The notes beneath the pieces were generated by a model. The model ran no database searches. It had not been told where the DNA came from and saw nothing but the letters and a program-made list of their open reading frames with translations. Below, one piece after another: positions 7,260 through 14,215 of a stretch of DNA of 39,864 nt. The position numbers were made by a program, and so were the translations under genes. The stretch is from contig SCVR01000027.1 of the NCBI GenBank assembly GCA_004296805.1, positions 1 through 39,864 of the forward strand. Reading direction: 5' to 3'. The first letter of the stretch is position 1. The number at the start of each line of letters is the position of its first letter. This stretch comes from Dehalococcoidia bacterium (GTDB lineage: Bacteria; Chloroflexota; Dehalococcoidia; UBA2979).

Positions 7260-8096
7260 ATGCTGACCTCGCGTGGATTGGTGCGCGGACTGACGCGCGC
7301 TGTCTCGGGTGCCATCGAGTGGCTGCGGCGCGATGGGCGGCGCAGCCTTCGGTGGTGGCCGCTGCTCGCTCTGTCGGTCCTGTTGGCGGCGACGCTGACT
7401 TCCTGCAGCAACAAGGACAAGAATGCGGTGCGGTTGCTGACGCCAACGCCGACCTCGGCGGGTGCGAGCGCGACGCCGACGCCGTCTCATCCGGACGAGG
7501 CTGCGCCCCCGCTGCCGACGCCGAAGGTGACACCTCCACCGGACGCGAACAAGTTGTTCCGGAACCTGGACGACTTCCTGAAGGAGTACGACTACCCGAA
7601 GGACGCGAACTTCGCGCGGATCAAGATCCCGGCGATCAGCGTCGACGCGCGTGTGGCGTCTCGGACGGTGGGGCGTGACGGGATCATGGCGGACCCGGCG
7701 GGGCCGGCCGACGTGATCTGGTATGACCTGAGCGGTTGGCCGGGCCTCGGCGGGAAGCCGGGCGAGGGCGGCAACGCGATCTTCTCCGGGCACGTGGACT
7801 ACGACTACCTGATCCCGTACGCGGGTGTGCGCTATCGCGGCCAGGGCGTGTTCTCGAAGATCTCGGCGCTGTCGACGGGCGACCTGATCGAGGTGGAGTA
7901 CGGCGGCAAGGTGCTGCGGTACCAGGTGGTGTCGCGTCGGCAGTACAACGCTGGAAGCGGCGTGGACTGGACGACGGTGTGGTCGGGCAAGGTGCCGAAG
8001 GACACGATCACGCTCTACACGTGTGGTGGCGCCTTCGACACGATCACGAAGGAGTACTCGGACCGGGTGGTCGTGAGGGCCGAACGCGTCCCGTAG
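7260..8096 (+). CDS. Sortase-family transpeptidase, class-F-like, with an N-terminal anchor and a Pro/Thr-rich linker
   Basis: IKIPAISVDARV motif. Catalytic His in NAIFSGHVDY (codon 7791-7793), Cys in ITLYTCGGAFD (codon 8022-8024), Arg in VVVRAE. The GHVD and TCGGxFD forms resemble class F sortases. The N-terminus is RRDGRRSLRWWPLLALSVLLAATLTSC, a lipobox-like L-T-S-C after a hydrophobic stretch. Confidence 0.85.
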   Translation: MLTSRGLVRGLTRAVSGAIEWLRRDGRRSLRWWPLLALSVLLAATLTSCSNKDKNAVRLLTPTPTSAGASATPTPSHPDEAAPPLPTPKVTPPPDANKLFRNLDDFLKEYDYPKDANFARIKIPAISVDARVASRTVGRDGIMADPAGPADVIWYDLSGWPGLGGKPGEGGNAIFSGHVDYDYLIPYAGVRYRGQGVFSKISALSTGDLIEVEYGGKVLRYQVVSRRQYNAGSGVDWTTVWSGKVPKDTITLYTCGGAFDTITKEYSDRVVVRAERVP

Positions 8097-8195
8097 CCCG
8101 GCCACTTCTCCCATACTGAGAAGTTCGCTTCGGGCTTGAGTGTGCGCACCCTGGCCCGTAGCGAGGGTTCTCCTGCGCTCGACAGCCGGCCTTTC

Positions 8196-8201
8196 TACAC
8201 T
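8196..8201 (+). promoter_or_regulatory. -10-like TACACT placed 6 nt before the mnmA ATG (candidate leaderless promoter)
   Basis: Sequence reads TACACT-ggatcc-ATG. No SD is present. Confidence 0.3.
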
Positions 8202-8207
8202 GGATCC

Positions 8208-9305
8208 ATGACCGCACGCGTCCTCGTCGCCATGTCGGGTGGAGTCGACTCCGCCGTCGCCGCCGCCCTGCTCCACGAGCAGGGATACGACGTCGTGGGC
8301 GTCACGCTGCGCCTCTACACCGAGGCCGACGACACCGCCCTCCGCTCCGGCCGCACCTGCTGCGGCATCGAGGACGTCGGAGATGCGCGGGCCGCCGCAC
8401 AGGCGATCGGCATCCCGCACTACGTCCTCAACATGGAGCGCGAGTTCGAGCGCGACGTGGTCGAGCCGTTCGTCGACGCCTACCGGAATGGCCGCACCCC
8501 GAACCCCTGCCTCAACTGCAACCAGTACGTGAAGTTCGACACCCTGCTCAACCGCGCCCTCGCGATGGGCGTCGACTACCTCGCCACCGGCCACTACGCG
8601 AGGGCTGAGCGGGACGGCGATGTCGTCCGCCTGCATCGCGCCGTCGACGACGAGAAGGACCAGTCGTACGTCCTCTACACCCTCAACCAGGACGCGCTGC
8701 GTCGCACGCTCTTCCCGCTCGGCGGGCTGACGAAGGCGGAGACGCGCGCCCACGCGCGGCGGTTCGGGCTTCCGCTCGCCGAGAAGCCGGACAGCGTGGA
8801 CATCTGCTTCGTCCCCGGCGGTGACTACCGCGAGTTCCTCGCCGTGCGCGGCGTTACCGGCACCCCCGGCGACATCGAGCGGCCCGACGGCACCCGCGCC
8901 GGCACGCACCTCGGCATCCCGCTCTACACGGTGGGCCAGCGGCGAGGCGTCCCCGTCACACCGAGCCCCGGTGCAGACGGCGCACCCGCCCGCCAGTTCG
9001 TCACCGCCATCGATGTCGCACGCAACACCATCACCGTGGGCGACGAGCGCGATCTCCTCGCCTCGCAGATCGAGGCGAGCGCGCCTCACTGGACCACCAC
9101 CGCGCCCCAGCCCGGCGACGCTGTCACCGCACGGATCCGCTACCACGCCACCGACCTCCCCGCGCATGTCATCGAGGCCAGCGACGGCCGCCTCACGCTC
9201 GCCCTCGACGTCCCCGCCCGCGCCATCGCTCCCGGCCAGGCCGTTGTCCTCTACCGCGGCACCGAGGTCCTCGGCGGTGCGACCATCGAGGGGTCGTGGC
9301 GGTAG
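8208..9305 (+). CDS. mnmA: tRNA 2-thiouridine(34) synthase MnmA
   Basis: PP-loop VLVAMSGGVDSAVAA, plus CCGIEDVGDARAAA and RTPNPCLNCNQYVKF. The start is set at the internal ATG 8208 (MTARVLVAMSGG) rather than the track start at 8136. Confidence 0.92.
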   Translation: MTARVLVAMSGGVDSAVAAALLHEQGYDVVGVTLRLYTEADDTALRSGRTCCGIEDVGDARAAAQAIGIPHYVLNMEREFERDVVEPFVDAYRNGRTPNPCLNCNQYVKFDTLLNRALAMGVDYLATGHYARAERDGDVVRLHRAVDDEKDQSYVLYTLNQDALRRTLFPLGGLTKAETRAHARRFGLPLAEKPDSVDICFVPGGDYREFLAVRGVTGTPGDIERPDGTRAGTHLGIPLYTVGQRRGVPVTPSPGADGAPARQFVTAIDVARNTITVGDERDLLASQIEASAPHWTTTAPQPGDAVTARIRYHATDLPAHVIEASDGRLTLALDVPARAIAPGQAVVLYRGTEVLGGATIEGSWR

Positions 9306-9376
9306 AGGCGCCGAGAGATCCAGGTTGCTTTAGGCTGCGCGGCGCGATGTCCGTGTATGCGTCGAAGGAGTCTCGT

Positions 9377-10012
9377 ATGACCGCGATCCGACGACTGGCT
9401 GGCCTCGGGCTGGCGCTGGTGGTGTGCGCGGGGCTCCTGACCGCGACAGCGGCTCCGGCCGCGGCGCAGCAGGCCGCGCCGTATACGGCCTACGGCGTGG
9501 GGCTGAGGGCGGGCGCGATGATCGGCGCGAACATCGGCGGCCGGTCGTGCGGGCCGGCGGTCGCCGTGACCGCGACGGGCACGTGGCTCATGTACATCGC
9601 GGTCAGTTCGCCCTGCTCACCGCGCGCCGGTGACGTCGTGTCGTTCACCGTGGACGGCCAGGCGGCGGAGCAGACGGTCACCTGGTCCGAAGGTGGCGCG
9701 CCTGCGAACGCGGCGGCGGGGATTGCCCTCACCGTGGCGGCGCCGAAGCCCACCGTGACGACCGCCGCAGCGCCGGCCGCCGGCGGCTTCACGGGCTCGA
9801 TCTCGCCCTCGGGAGTCTCGCTCGCCTCGTTCACCGGCACCACGGCGCAACTCGACACCGCGGGCGCGGCCGTGAAGGCCACCTCGATCTCAGCGACCCT
9901 GGGCGGGAAGGTGCTGACGTTCGTCGTCGGCGCGCCGAGCTTCGTGAACACCGAGTTCAACACCGCGTTCGCAAGCGGGCTGCAGGGCACGCTGGTGATT
10001 GTGAAGACCTAG
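9377..10012 (+). CDS. Secreted fusion protein: two-Cys YTAYG module plus the shared C-terminal module
   Basis: AAGGAG SD precedes ATG 9377. Signal peptide MTAIRRLAGLGLALVVCAGLLTATAAPAAA. The N-terminal half is homologous to the 4037/4686 proteins. The C-terminal 76 aa (9782-10009) is homologous to the C-termini of the 1705/5908 proteins. No sorting signal is present. Confidence 0.85.
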   Translation: MTAIRRLAGLGLALVVCAGLLTATAAPAAAQQAAPYTAYGVGLRAGAMIGANIGGRSCGPAVAVTATGTWLMYIAVSSPCSPRAGDVVSFTVDGQAAEQTVTWSEGGAPANAAAGIALTVAAPKPTVTTAAAPAAGGFTGSISPSGVSLASFTGTTAQLDTAGAAVKATSISATLGGKVLTFVVGAPSFVNTEFNTAFASGLQGTLVIVKT

Positions 10013-10029
10013 CCCGCTAGCAGCGGCAC

Positions 10030-10620
10030 CTAACTCCGCGCGAACGCGAGGAGCGGCGCGATCTCCCCAGCGTCCGCGCTCGTGAGCGCGGCGCGGTACG
10101 CCGCGCGCAGTCCGTCCGTGTCGACCTCAAGGCCGGCGCCCCAGGAGAACGGCCGCCCGCCGAGCGCCTCGACGAGGTAGTCGGCGGCGATCCTCGAGTG
10201 ACGGCCGTTGCCGTTGGGGAACGGGTGGACCTGCACCAGCCGGTGGTGGAAGCGCACGGCGATCTCGTCGCGCGGATACGTGCCGTACTCCACCCACGCG
10301 CGCACGTCCTCCACGAGGACGCGCACCGCCTCGGTGATCCGGTGAAAGGCGATACCAAGGTTCGTGTCAGTGGTGCGATAGCGGCCCGCCCAGCGCCAGA
10401 CATCCCCGAACATCGCCCGGTGCAACCCTCGCAGGTACGCGTCGTCGAGCAGCTGCGCGACGGTGGGCGGGCGTCGCAGCAACGCAGTCGCAATGTTGCG
10501 TTGCTCGGCTTCGAAGAGGTCGCCGCGGCTCGCGATGTGCGTGGGGATGAGGCCGCGCCGGTCGTCCTCGGCGAGTGCGGTGTGGCCGTCGCCCGCCGGG
10601 ATGAGCGGATCGAGGGTCAT
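10030..10620 (-). CDS. Fic/DOC-family protein (mobile mystery protein B type)
   Basis: Fic motif HPFPNGNGRHSR, with Asn where the canonical HxFx(D/E)GNGRxxR motif has D/E. About 196 aa. It begins 3 nt after the stop of the upstream HTH gene. Confidence 0.85.
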   Translation of the reverse strand: MTLDPLIPAGDGHTALAEDDRRGLIPTHIASRGDLFEAEQRNIATALLRRPPTVAQLLDDAYLRGLHRAMFGDVWRWAGRYRTTDTNLGIAFHRITEAVRVLVEDVRAWVEYGTYPRDEIAVRFHHRLVQVHPFPNGNGRHSRIAADYLVEALGGRPFSWGAGLEVDTDGLRAAYRAALTSADAGEIAPLLAFARS

Positions 10621-10623
10621 CGA

Positions 10624-11175
10624 TCACTCCCCGGCAGGCGGCGACCCGTACGCAGGCTCGTCCGACGGTCCGCCCTCGGGCTCTGCCCACAGCCCTCGAC
10701 GGTCCACGAAGCGGGCCGCCAGGTCATCGAGCAGGTTGGTGGTGCCGAGGTAGTCCACCGACTGGTCCTCGAGGCGGCTGTGGTGTGCCACCCGCCCGAG
10801 GTGCCGTGCCGCCTTCTGGCGGGCCTGCGTGCGGACGGCGTCATCCAGGGTGACCCGCGGCACCAGCGCGTAGACGACGTCGCAGTCGAGCGCGCGGGCG
10901 ACGCGACGCAGGGTCTCCAGCTTGATGGTGTCCCGCTGCTCGCTCTGTTCGAGGTCCGAGATCACCTGCTGGCTTACGCCCATGCGATGCGCCAGTTCGG
11001 TGCTCGACATGCCCAGGGCATCGCGGATGGCACGGATCCACCCGAGGTGCGGGCGCGGTTCCGCCGCCAGCCCTCGGAATGACCGAAGCCGCTCATCGAG
11101 CCGGAGTCGTGCCTGAGCGTGACCGCTGACGTTGTTCATGTTGCCGATTCTACTGGCTATAGGATGTGATGTCAA
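10624..11175 (-). CDS. XRE-family helix-turn-helix protein (mobile mystery protein A type)
   Basis: HTH IRDALGMSSTELAHRMGVSQQVISDLEQSEQRDTIKLETLRRVARAL. An alternative start at 11139 gives MNNVSG.... It is coupled to the Fic gene. Confidence 0.8.
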   Translation of the reverse strand: MTSHPIASRIGNMNNVSGHAQARLRLDERLRSFRGLAAEPRPHLGWIRAIRDALGMSSTELAHRMGVSQQVISDLEQSEQRDTIKLETLRRVARALDCDVVYALVPRVTLDDAVRTQARQKAARHLGRVAHHSRLEDQSVDYLGTTNLLDDLAARFVDRRGLWAEPEGGPSDEPAYGSPPAGE

Positions 11176-11317
11176 TCATGATGACGTAGTACAGACTGTG
11201 AAGTTACATTGATAGACAAGCCATGACCTGTAGATCCAACGCCTCCGTACTCGACCGCATCCCAGCCACACGCAGGCACGAGCGCCCGCTGGCCCGGCCC
11301 GCTCTCACCCGGCTACG

Positions 11318-11653
11318 ATGGCCTTTGGGGGTACCGATATGAGCCTCGCCGACCTGCGCGACGTCGTGGTCATCGTCTATGGGGTCATGGGCATCATCCT
11401 GATGCTCGCGCTCACGATTGCCGCGTTCGGTCTGTGGTTCGCCGTCCGGGCGCTCTCCCGCGTGGTGCAGGAGCTGCTGAACGACCCGATCAAGACCACG
11501 CTCAAAGACGTGCAGGAGACCGTACACAACGTCCGAGGCACCTCCGAGTTCATCGCCGACACGGCGGTCCACCCCCTCGTGCGGGCGGTCGCGGCCACTC
11601 GCGGGTTGAAGCGTGGCCTCTCGACCGTCACCGGCCTCCGACGCGGCAAGTAG
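11318..11653 (+). CDS. Small membrane protein, DUF948-like (one N-terminal TM helix plus a helical tail)
   Basis: TM segment VVVIVYGVMGIILMLALTIAAFGLWFAV followed by an amphipathic helical region. An alternative start at ATG 11339 has GGGGGT upstream. Confidence 0.5.
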   Translation: MAFGGTDMSLADLRDVVVIVYGVMGIILMLALTIAAFGLWFAVRALSRVVQELLNDPIKTTLKDVQETVHNVRGTSEFIADTAVHPLVRAVAATRGLKRGLSTVTGLRRGK

Positions 11654-11664
11654 CGGCGACACCG

Positions 11665-11916
11665 ATGAAGTTCAGCACCGCCCTTGTGATCAACCTCGCG
11701 GCCGTCGCCGGATACATGGCGGCGCGCACGCTCCTCGAGGATGACACTGACCTCGAGCGGCTGCCGAACGCGGCCCGCCACCCGCTGGAGCACGCCCGGG
11801 GCCGCCTGCAGCGCGCGCGCACCCGCGCCCAGCACGCCCTCATGGAGGCGCGCATCGAGCGCACGGCCGCGGAACGCGACCTGATGGCGCAGTACCGCTC
11901 CCGCACCCGTCCCTGA
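11665..11916 (+). CDS. Small hypothetical protein (N-terminal hydrophobic helix plus a charged helical tail)
   Basis: ATG at 11665 lies 12 nt after the previous stop. Sequence MKFSTALVINLAAVAGYMAARTLLEDD...; GC3-rich frame. Confidence 0.45.
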   Translation: MKFSTALVINLAAVAGYMAARTLLEDDTDLERLPNAARHPLEHARGRLQRARTRAQHALMEARIERTAAERDLMAQYRSRTRP

Positions 11917-11996
11917 GCCTACGGTGTCTGATAGAGCCTCACCGAGCACCACAGAGCGGCTGACCCCACTCCTCGCGGCTACGCCAAGGCCTCGGC

Positions 11997-12002
11997 TAGA
12001 CT
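11997..12002 (+). promoter_or_regulatory. -10-like TAGACT placed 7 nt before the mature 5' end of tRNA-Ser
   Basis: Sequence reads TAGACT-cacgagt-GGAGAGG. Confidence 0.3.
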
Positions 12003-12009
12003 CACGAGT

Positions 12010-12095
12010 GGAGAGGTGGCCGAGCGGTTGAAGGCGCTCGTCTCGAAAACGAGTAAACGCAAGTTTCGCGGGTTCGAATCCCGCCCTCTCCGCCA
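12010..12095 (+). tRNA. tRNA-Ser (anticodon CGA), class II with a long variable arm and encoded CCA
   Basis: Hand fold: acceptor GGAGAGG/CCTCTCC, D-stem GCC/GGC, anticodon stem CTCGT/ACGAG with loop CTCGAAA, variable arm AAAC-gcaa-GTTT, T-arm GCGGG-TTCGAAT-CCCGC, discriminator G, CCA. Confidence 0.9.
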
Positions 12096-12187
12096 TCGAG
12101 TCTGTCGGCACACTCCCTGACGGACCCGCATCGCAGACCGGCCTCACCGCCACGCGAAGCAATCCAATCGATGGCGTCCCACCTCGC

Positions 12188-12277
12188 GGAGAGGTGCTGG
12201 AGTGGTTGAACAGGCTCGCCTGGAAAGCGTGTAATGGGGTAACTCATTCGCGGGTTCGAATCCCGCCCTCTCCGCCA
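12188..12277 (+). tRNA. tRNA-Ser (anticodon GGA), class II, encoded CCA
   Basis: The acceptor and T-arm are the same as in the first tRNA. D-stem CTG/CAG. Anticodon stem CTCGC/GCGTG has one U-U mismatch; loop CTGGAAA. Long variable arm. Confidence 0.85.
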
Positions 12278-12289
12278 GACTGCACGCAC

Positions 12290-12318
12290 GAAGGGCGCCC
12301 CCAAACCGGGCGCCCTTC
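12290..12318 (+). terminator. Perfect 11-bp stem hairpin after the tRNA pair
   Basis: GAAGGGCGCCC-ccaaacc-GGGCGCCCTTC. Confidence 0.6.
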
Positions 12319-12486
12319 CGCGCGTATACTCGACATATCGGGCCGCCAGCAGGCGCCCGCCGCCGGAGGTGCCGCCTGGAGTCTCGTATCCCCTCGACCG
12401 ATCAGGCTGACGCGCCCGACGACACGCTCGACGACGCCCGCATCCAACTTCGTACCGGCCCTCGTCCGCCCGACCTCGAACGGTCG

Positions 12487-12822
12487 TTGGAGCGTGCGCG
12501 GATGTTGGTCGATGTCCTCGTGGACCGGCAGGCCGAGGATGTCGTGTTGCTGGACCTGACGAGCCTGGCGGCGTTCGCCGACTACTTCGTGATCGCGACC
12601 GTGGACAACATCCGGCAGGGACGCGCGGTCGTGGATGCTGTGGACATGGCGGTGTCCGCGGACGGCGGCGACGCGAAGGCGGAGGGTTCCGGCGAGGACG
12701 GCTGGATCCTGATCGACTGCGGCGGCGGCGTGATCGTGCACCTGTTCTCGCTGGAGATGCGCGCGTACTACAACCTCGAAGGGCTGTGGAGCCGCGCGCA
12801 AGAGGTGGTGCGGATCCAGTAG
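12487..12822 (+). CDS. rsfS: Ribosome silencing factor RsfS (iojap family)
   Basis: LVDRQAEDVVLLDLTSLAAFADYFVIATVDNIRQGRAVVDAV...GWILIDCGGGVIVHLFSLEMRAYYNLEGLW. The start is TTG 12487 or ATG 12502. I found no in-frame ATG/GTG/TTG further upstream. Confidence 0.88.
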   Translation: MERARMLVDVLVDRQAEDVVLLDLTSLAAFADYFVIATVDNIRQGRAVVDAVDMAVSADGGDAKAEGSGEDGWILIDCGGGVIVHLFSLEMRAYYNLEGLWSRAQEVVRIQ

Positions 12823-12869
12823 GGAGCACCTGCTCGATCACATCTCACCCGCTGTTAACGGCGAGCCCG

Positions 12870-12875
12870 TACTCT
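12870..12875 (+). promoter_or_regulatory. -10-like TACTCT placed 7 nt before the arsC ATG (candidate leaderless promoter)
   Basis: Sequence reads TACTCT-tcccggc-ATG. No SD is present. Confidence 0.3.
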
Positions 12876-12882
12876 TCCCGGC

Positions 12883-13317
12883 ATGCCTGAACCCACCACC
12901 ATCCTGTTTGCCTGCATCCACAACGCGGGGCGCTCCCAGATGGGGGCGGGGTTCGCGGCGCGCCTCGGCGGACCGGCGGTGCGCGTGCTGTCCGGCGGGT
13001 CCGAGCCGGGGGCCTCGGTGAACCCGGTGGTCGTGGCGGCGATGCGCGAGCGCGGCATCGATGTGGCGGGCGAGCAGCCGAAGGCGTTCGACGACGCGAT
13101 GGTGGAGTCCGCCGACATCGTGGTGACGATGGGATGCGGCGACGCGTGTCCGTTCTTCCCTGGCAAGCGCTACCTCGATTGGCCGCTCGACGATCCGGCG
13201 GGCCAGCCGATCGAGGTGGTGCGCCGCGTGCGCGATGAGATCGAAAGGCTAGTGCGGGCGCTGCTCGAAGAGATCGGCGTCACGGTCATGGACCTGCCTC
13301 GGGTGAGTGCGTCGTAG
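12883..13317 (+). CDS. arsC: Arsenate reductase, LMW-PTPase family (thioredoxin/thiol-coupled ArsC)
   Basis: P-loop CIHNAGRS (CX5R-S) and the downstream Cys pair GCGDACP. Confidence 0.85.
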   Translation: MPEPTTILFACIHNAGRSQMGAGFAARLGGPAVRVLSGGSEPGASVNPVVVAAMRERGIDVAGEQPKAFDDAMVESADIVVTMGCGDACPFFPGKRYLDWPLDDPAGQPIEVVRRVRDEIERLVRALLEEIGVTVMDLPRVSAS

Positions 13318-14150
13318 TGTCTCGACTGCGCGACGCGATGGTGGCCGAGGTGTGCGGGACGTTCCTGCTGGTGCTGTTTGGCACGGGTGTGGTGGCGGCC
13401 GCGGTGCTGACGGGCGCGCAAGTGGGGCTGTGGCAGGTGGCGGCGGTCTGGGGCTTCGGCGTGACGATCGCGATCGCGTCGACGGCCGGCGTCTCCGGCG
13501 CGCACCTCAACCCGGCGGTCACCCTCGCGATGACGGTCTTCCGAGGCACCTCGTTCCCGCGGTCGCGTGCGCTGCCGTATGTGGGTGCACAGATGGCGGG
13601 CGCGGTCCTCGCGGGGTGCGTGGTGCTGGCGGTGTTCTCGCCGTTCATCGAGCGGTTCGAGCGCGAGCATTCGATCGTGCGAGGCGAGGGCGGCAGCGAG
13701 GCCTCGGCGATGGTGTTCGGCGAGTACTTCCCGAACCCGGCGATCTATCCGGAGTCGACGCACGAGGGCGGGGCAGACCGCGACCTGGTGTCGCCGCTGC
13801 GTGCGGCAGGCGTCGAGGCGTTCGGGACGGCGGTGTTGGTGTTCGTGATCTTCGCGCTGACGGACGCGCGACGTGCCTCGGTGGCGGGGACGATGACGCC
13901 GTTGCTGATCGGGTTCACAGTGGCGGTGCTGATCTCGCTGTTCGCGCCGGTGACGCAGGCGGGGTGGAACCCCGCGCGTGACTTCGGGCCCCGGCTGGTG
14001 GCGTTCGTCGCGGGCTGGGGCGAAGTGGCGATCCCCGGGCCGCACGGGGGGTTCTGGGTGTACATCCTCGGGCCGCTGGTGGGGGGCCTCGTCGGGGGCG
14101 CTGTGTACGAGGTGACGCTGGGGCGCGCGGGGGCGGCCGTCGAGGCGTAG
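13317..14150 (+). CDS. MIP-family channel (aquaglyceroporin-like), candidate arsenite channel
   Basis: Two NPA boxes: HLNPAVTLAM and GWNPARDFGPR. The GTG start shares 1 nt with the arsC stop (TAGTG). Confidence 0.88.
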   Translation: MSRLRDAMVAEVCGTFLLVLFGTGVVAAAVLTGAQVGLWQVAAVWGFGVTIAIASTAGVSGAHLNPAVTLAMTVFRGTSFPRSRALPYVGAQMAGAVLAGCVVLAVFSPFIERFEREHSIVRGEGGSEASAMVFGEYFPNPAIYPESTHEGGADRDLVSPLRAAGVEAFGTAVLVFVIFALTDARRASVAGTMTPLLIGFTVAVLISLFAPVTQAGWNPARDFGPRLVAFVAGWGEVAIPGPHGGFWVYILGPLVGGLVGGAVYEVTLGRAGAAVEA

Positions 14151-14215
14151 TCAGAGCTTTGGATGGGCGGTGTCGATCGCCTAACGCTCGGGCGCATGTC
14201 GCTCGGCTCTCGGTC

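Noticed and set aside
6279-9167. Very long antisense ORFs in the track: 962 aa at 6279..9167(-), 887 aa at 23779..26442(-), 699 aa at 26138..28237(-), 531 aa at 4575..6170(-), 384 aa at 1836..2990(-), 499 aa at 36938..38437(-), 422 aa at 38480..39748(-)
   Set aside because: They lie opposite genes with unambiguous family motifs (sortase, mnmA, NuoF, FdhA, histidine kinase, recF). Their translations are Arg/Pro/Gly/Ala-rich and low in complexity. High-GC DNA with strong GC3 bias generates long stop-free antisense frames, so these are artefacts.
10010-10030. Bidirectional terminator between the convergent 9377 gene and the Fic gene (CCGCT-agc-AGCGG)
   Set aside because: The stem is only 5 bp with a 3-nt loop, which is too weak to call.
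10013-12320. Possible integrated genomic island at the tRNA-Ser genes carrying the Fic/HTH pair
   Set aside because: There is no integrase, recombinase or transposase. I could find no direct repeat of the tRNA 3' end. The Fic/HTH pair lies upstream (5') of the tRNAs rather than downstream of their 3' ends, where islands normally insert. Only the local AT-rich patch hints at foreign origin.
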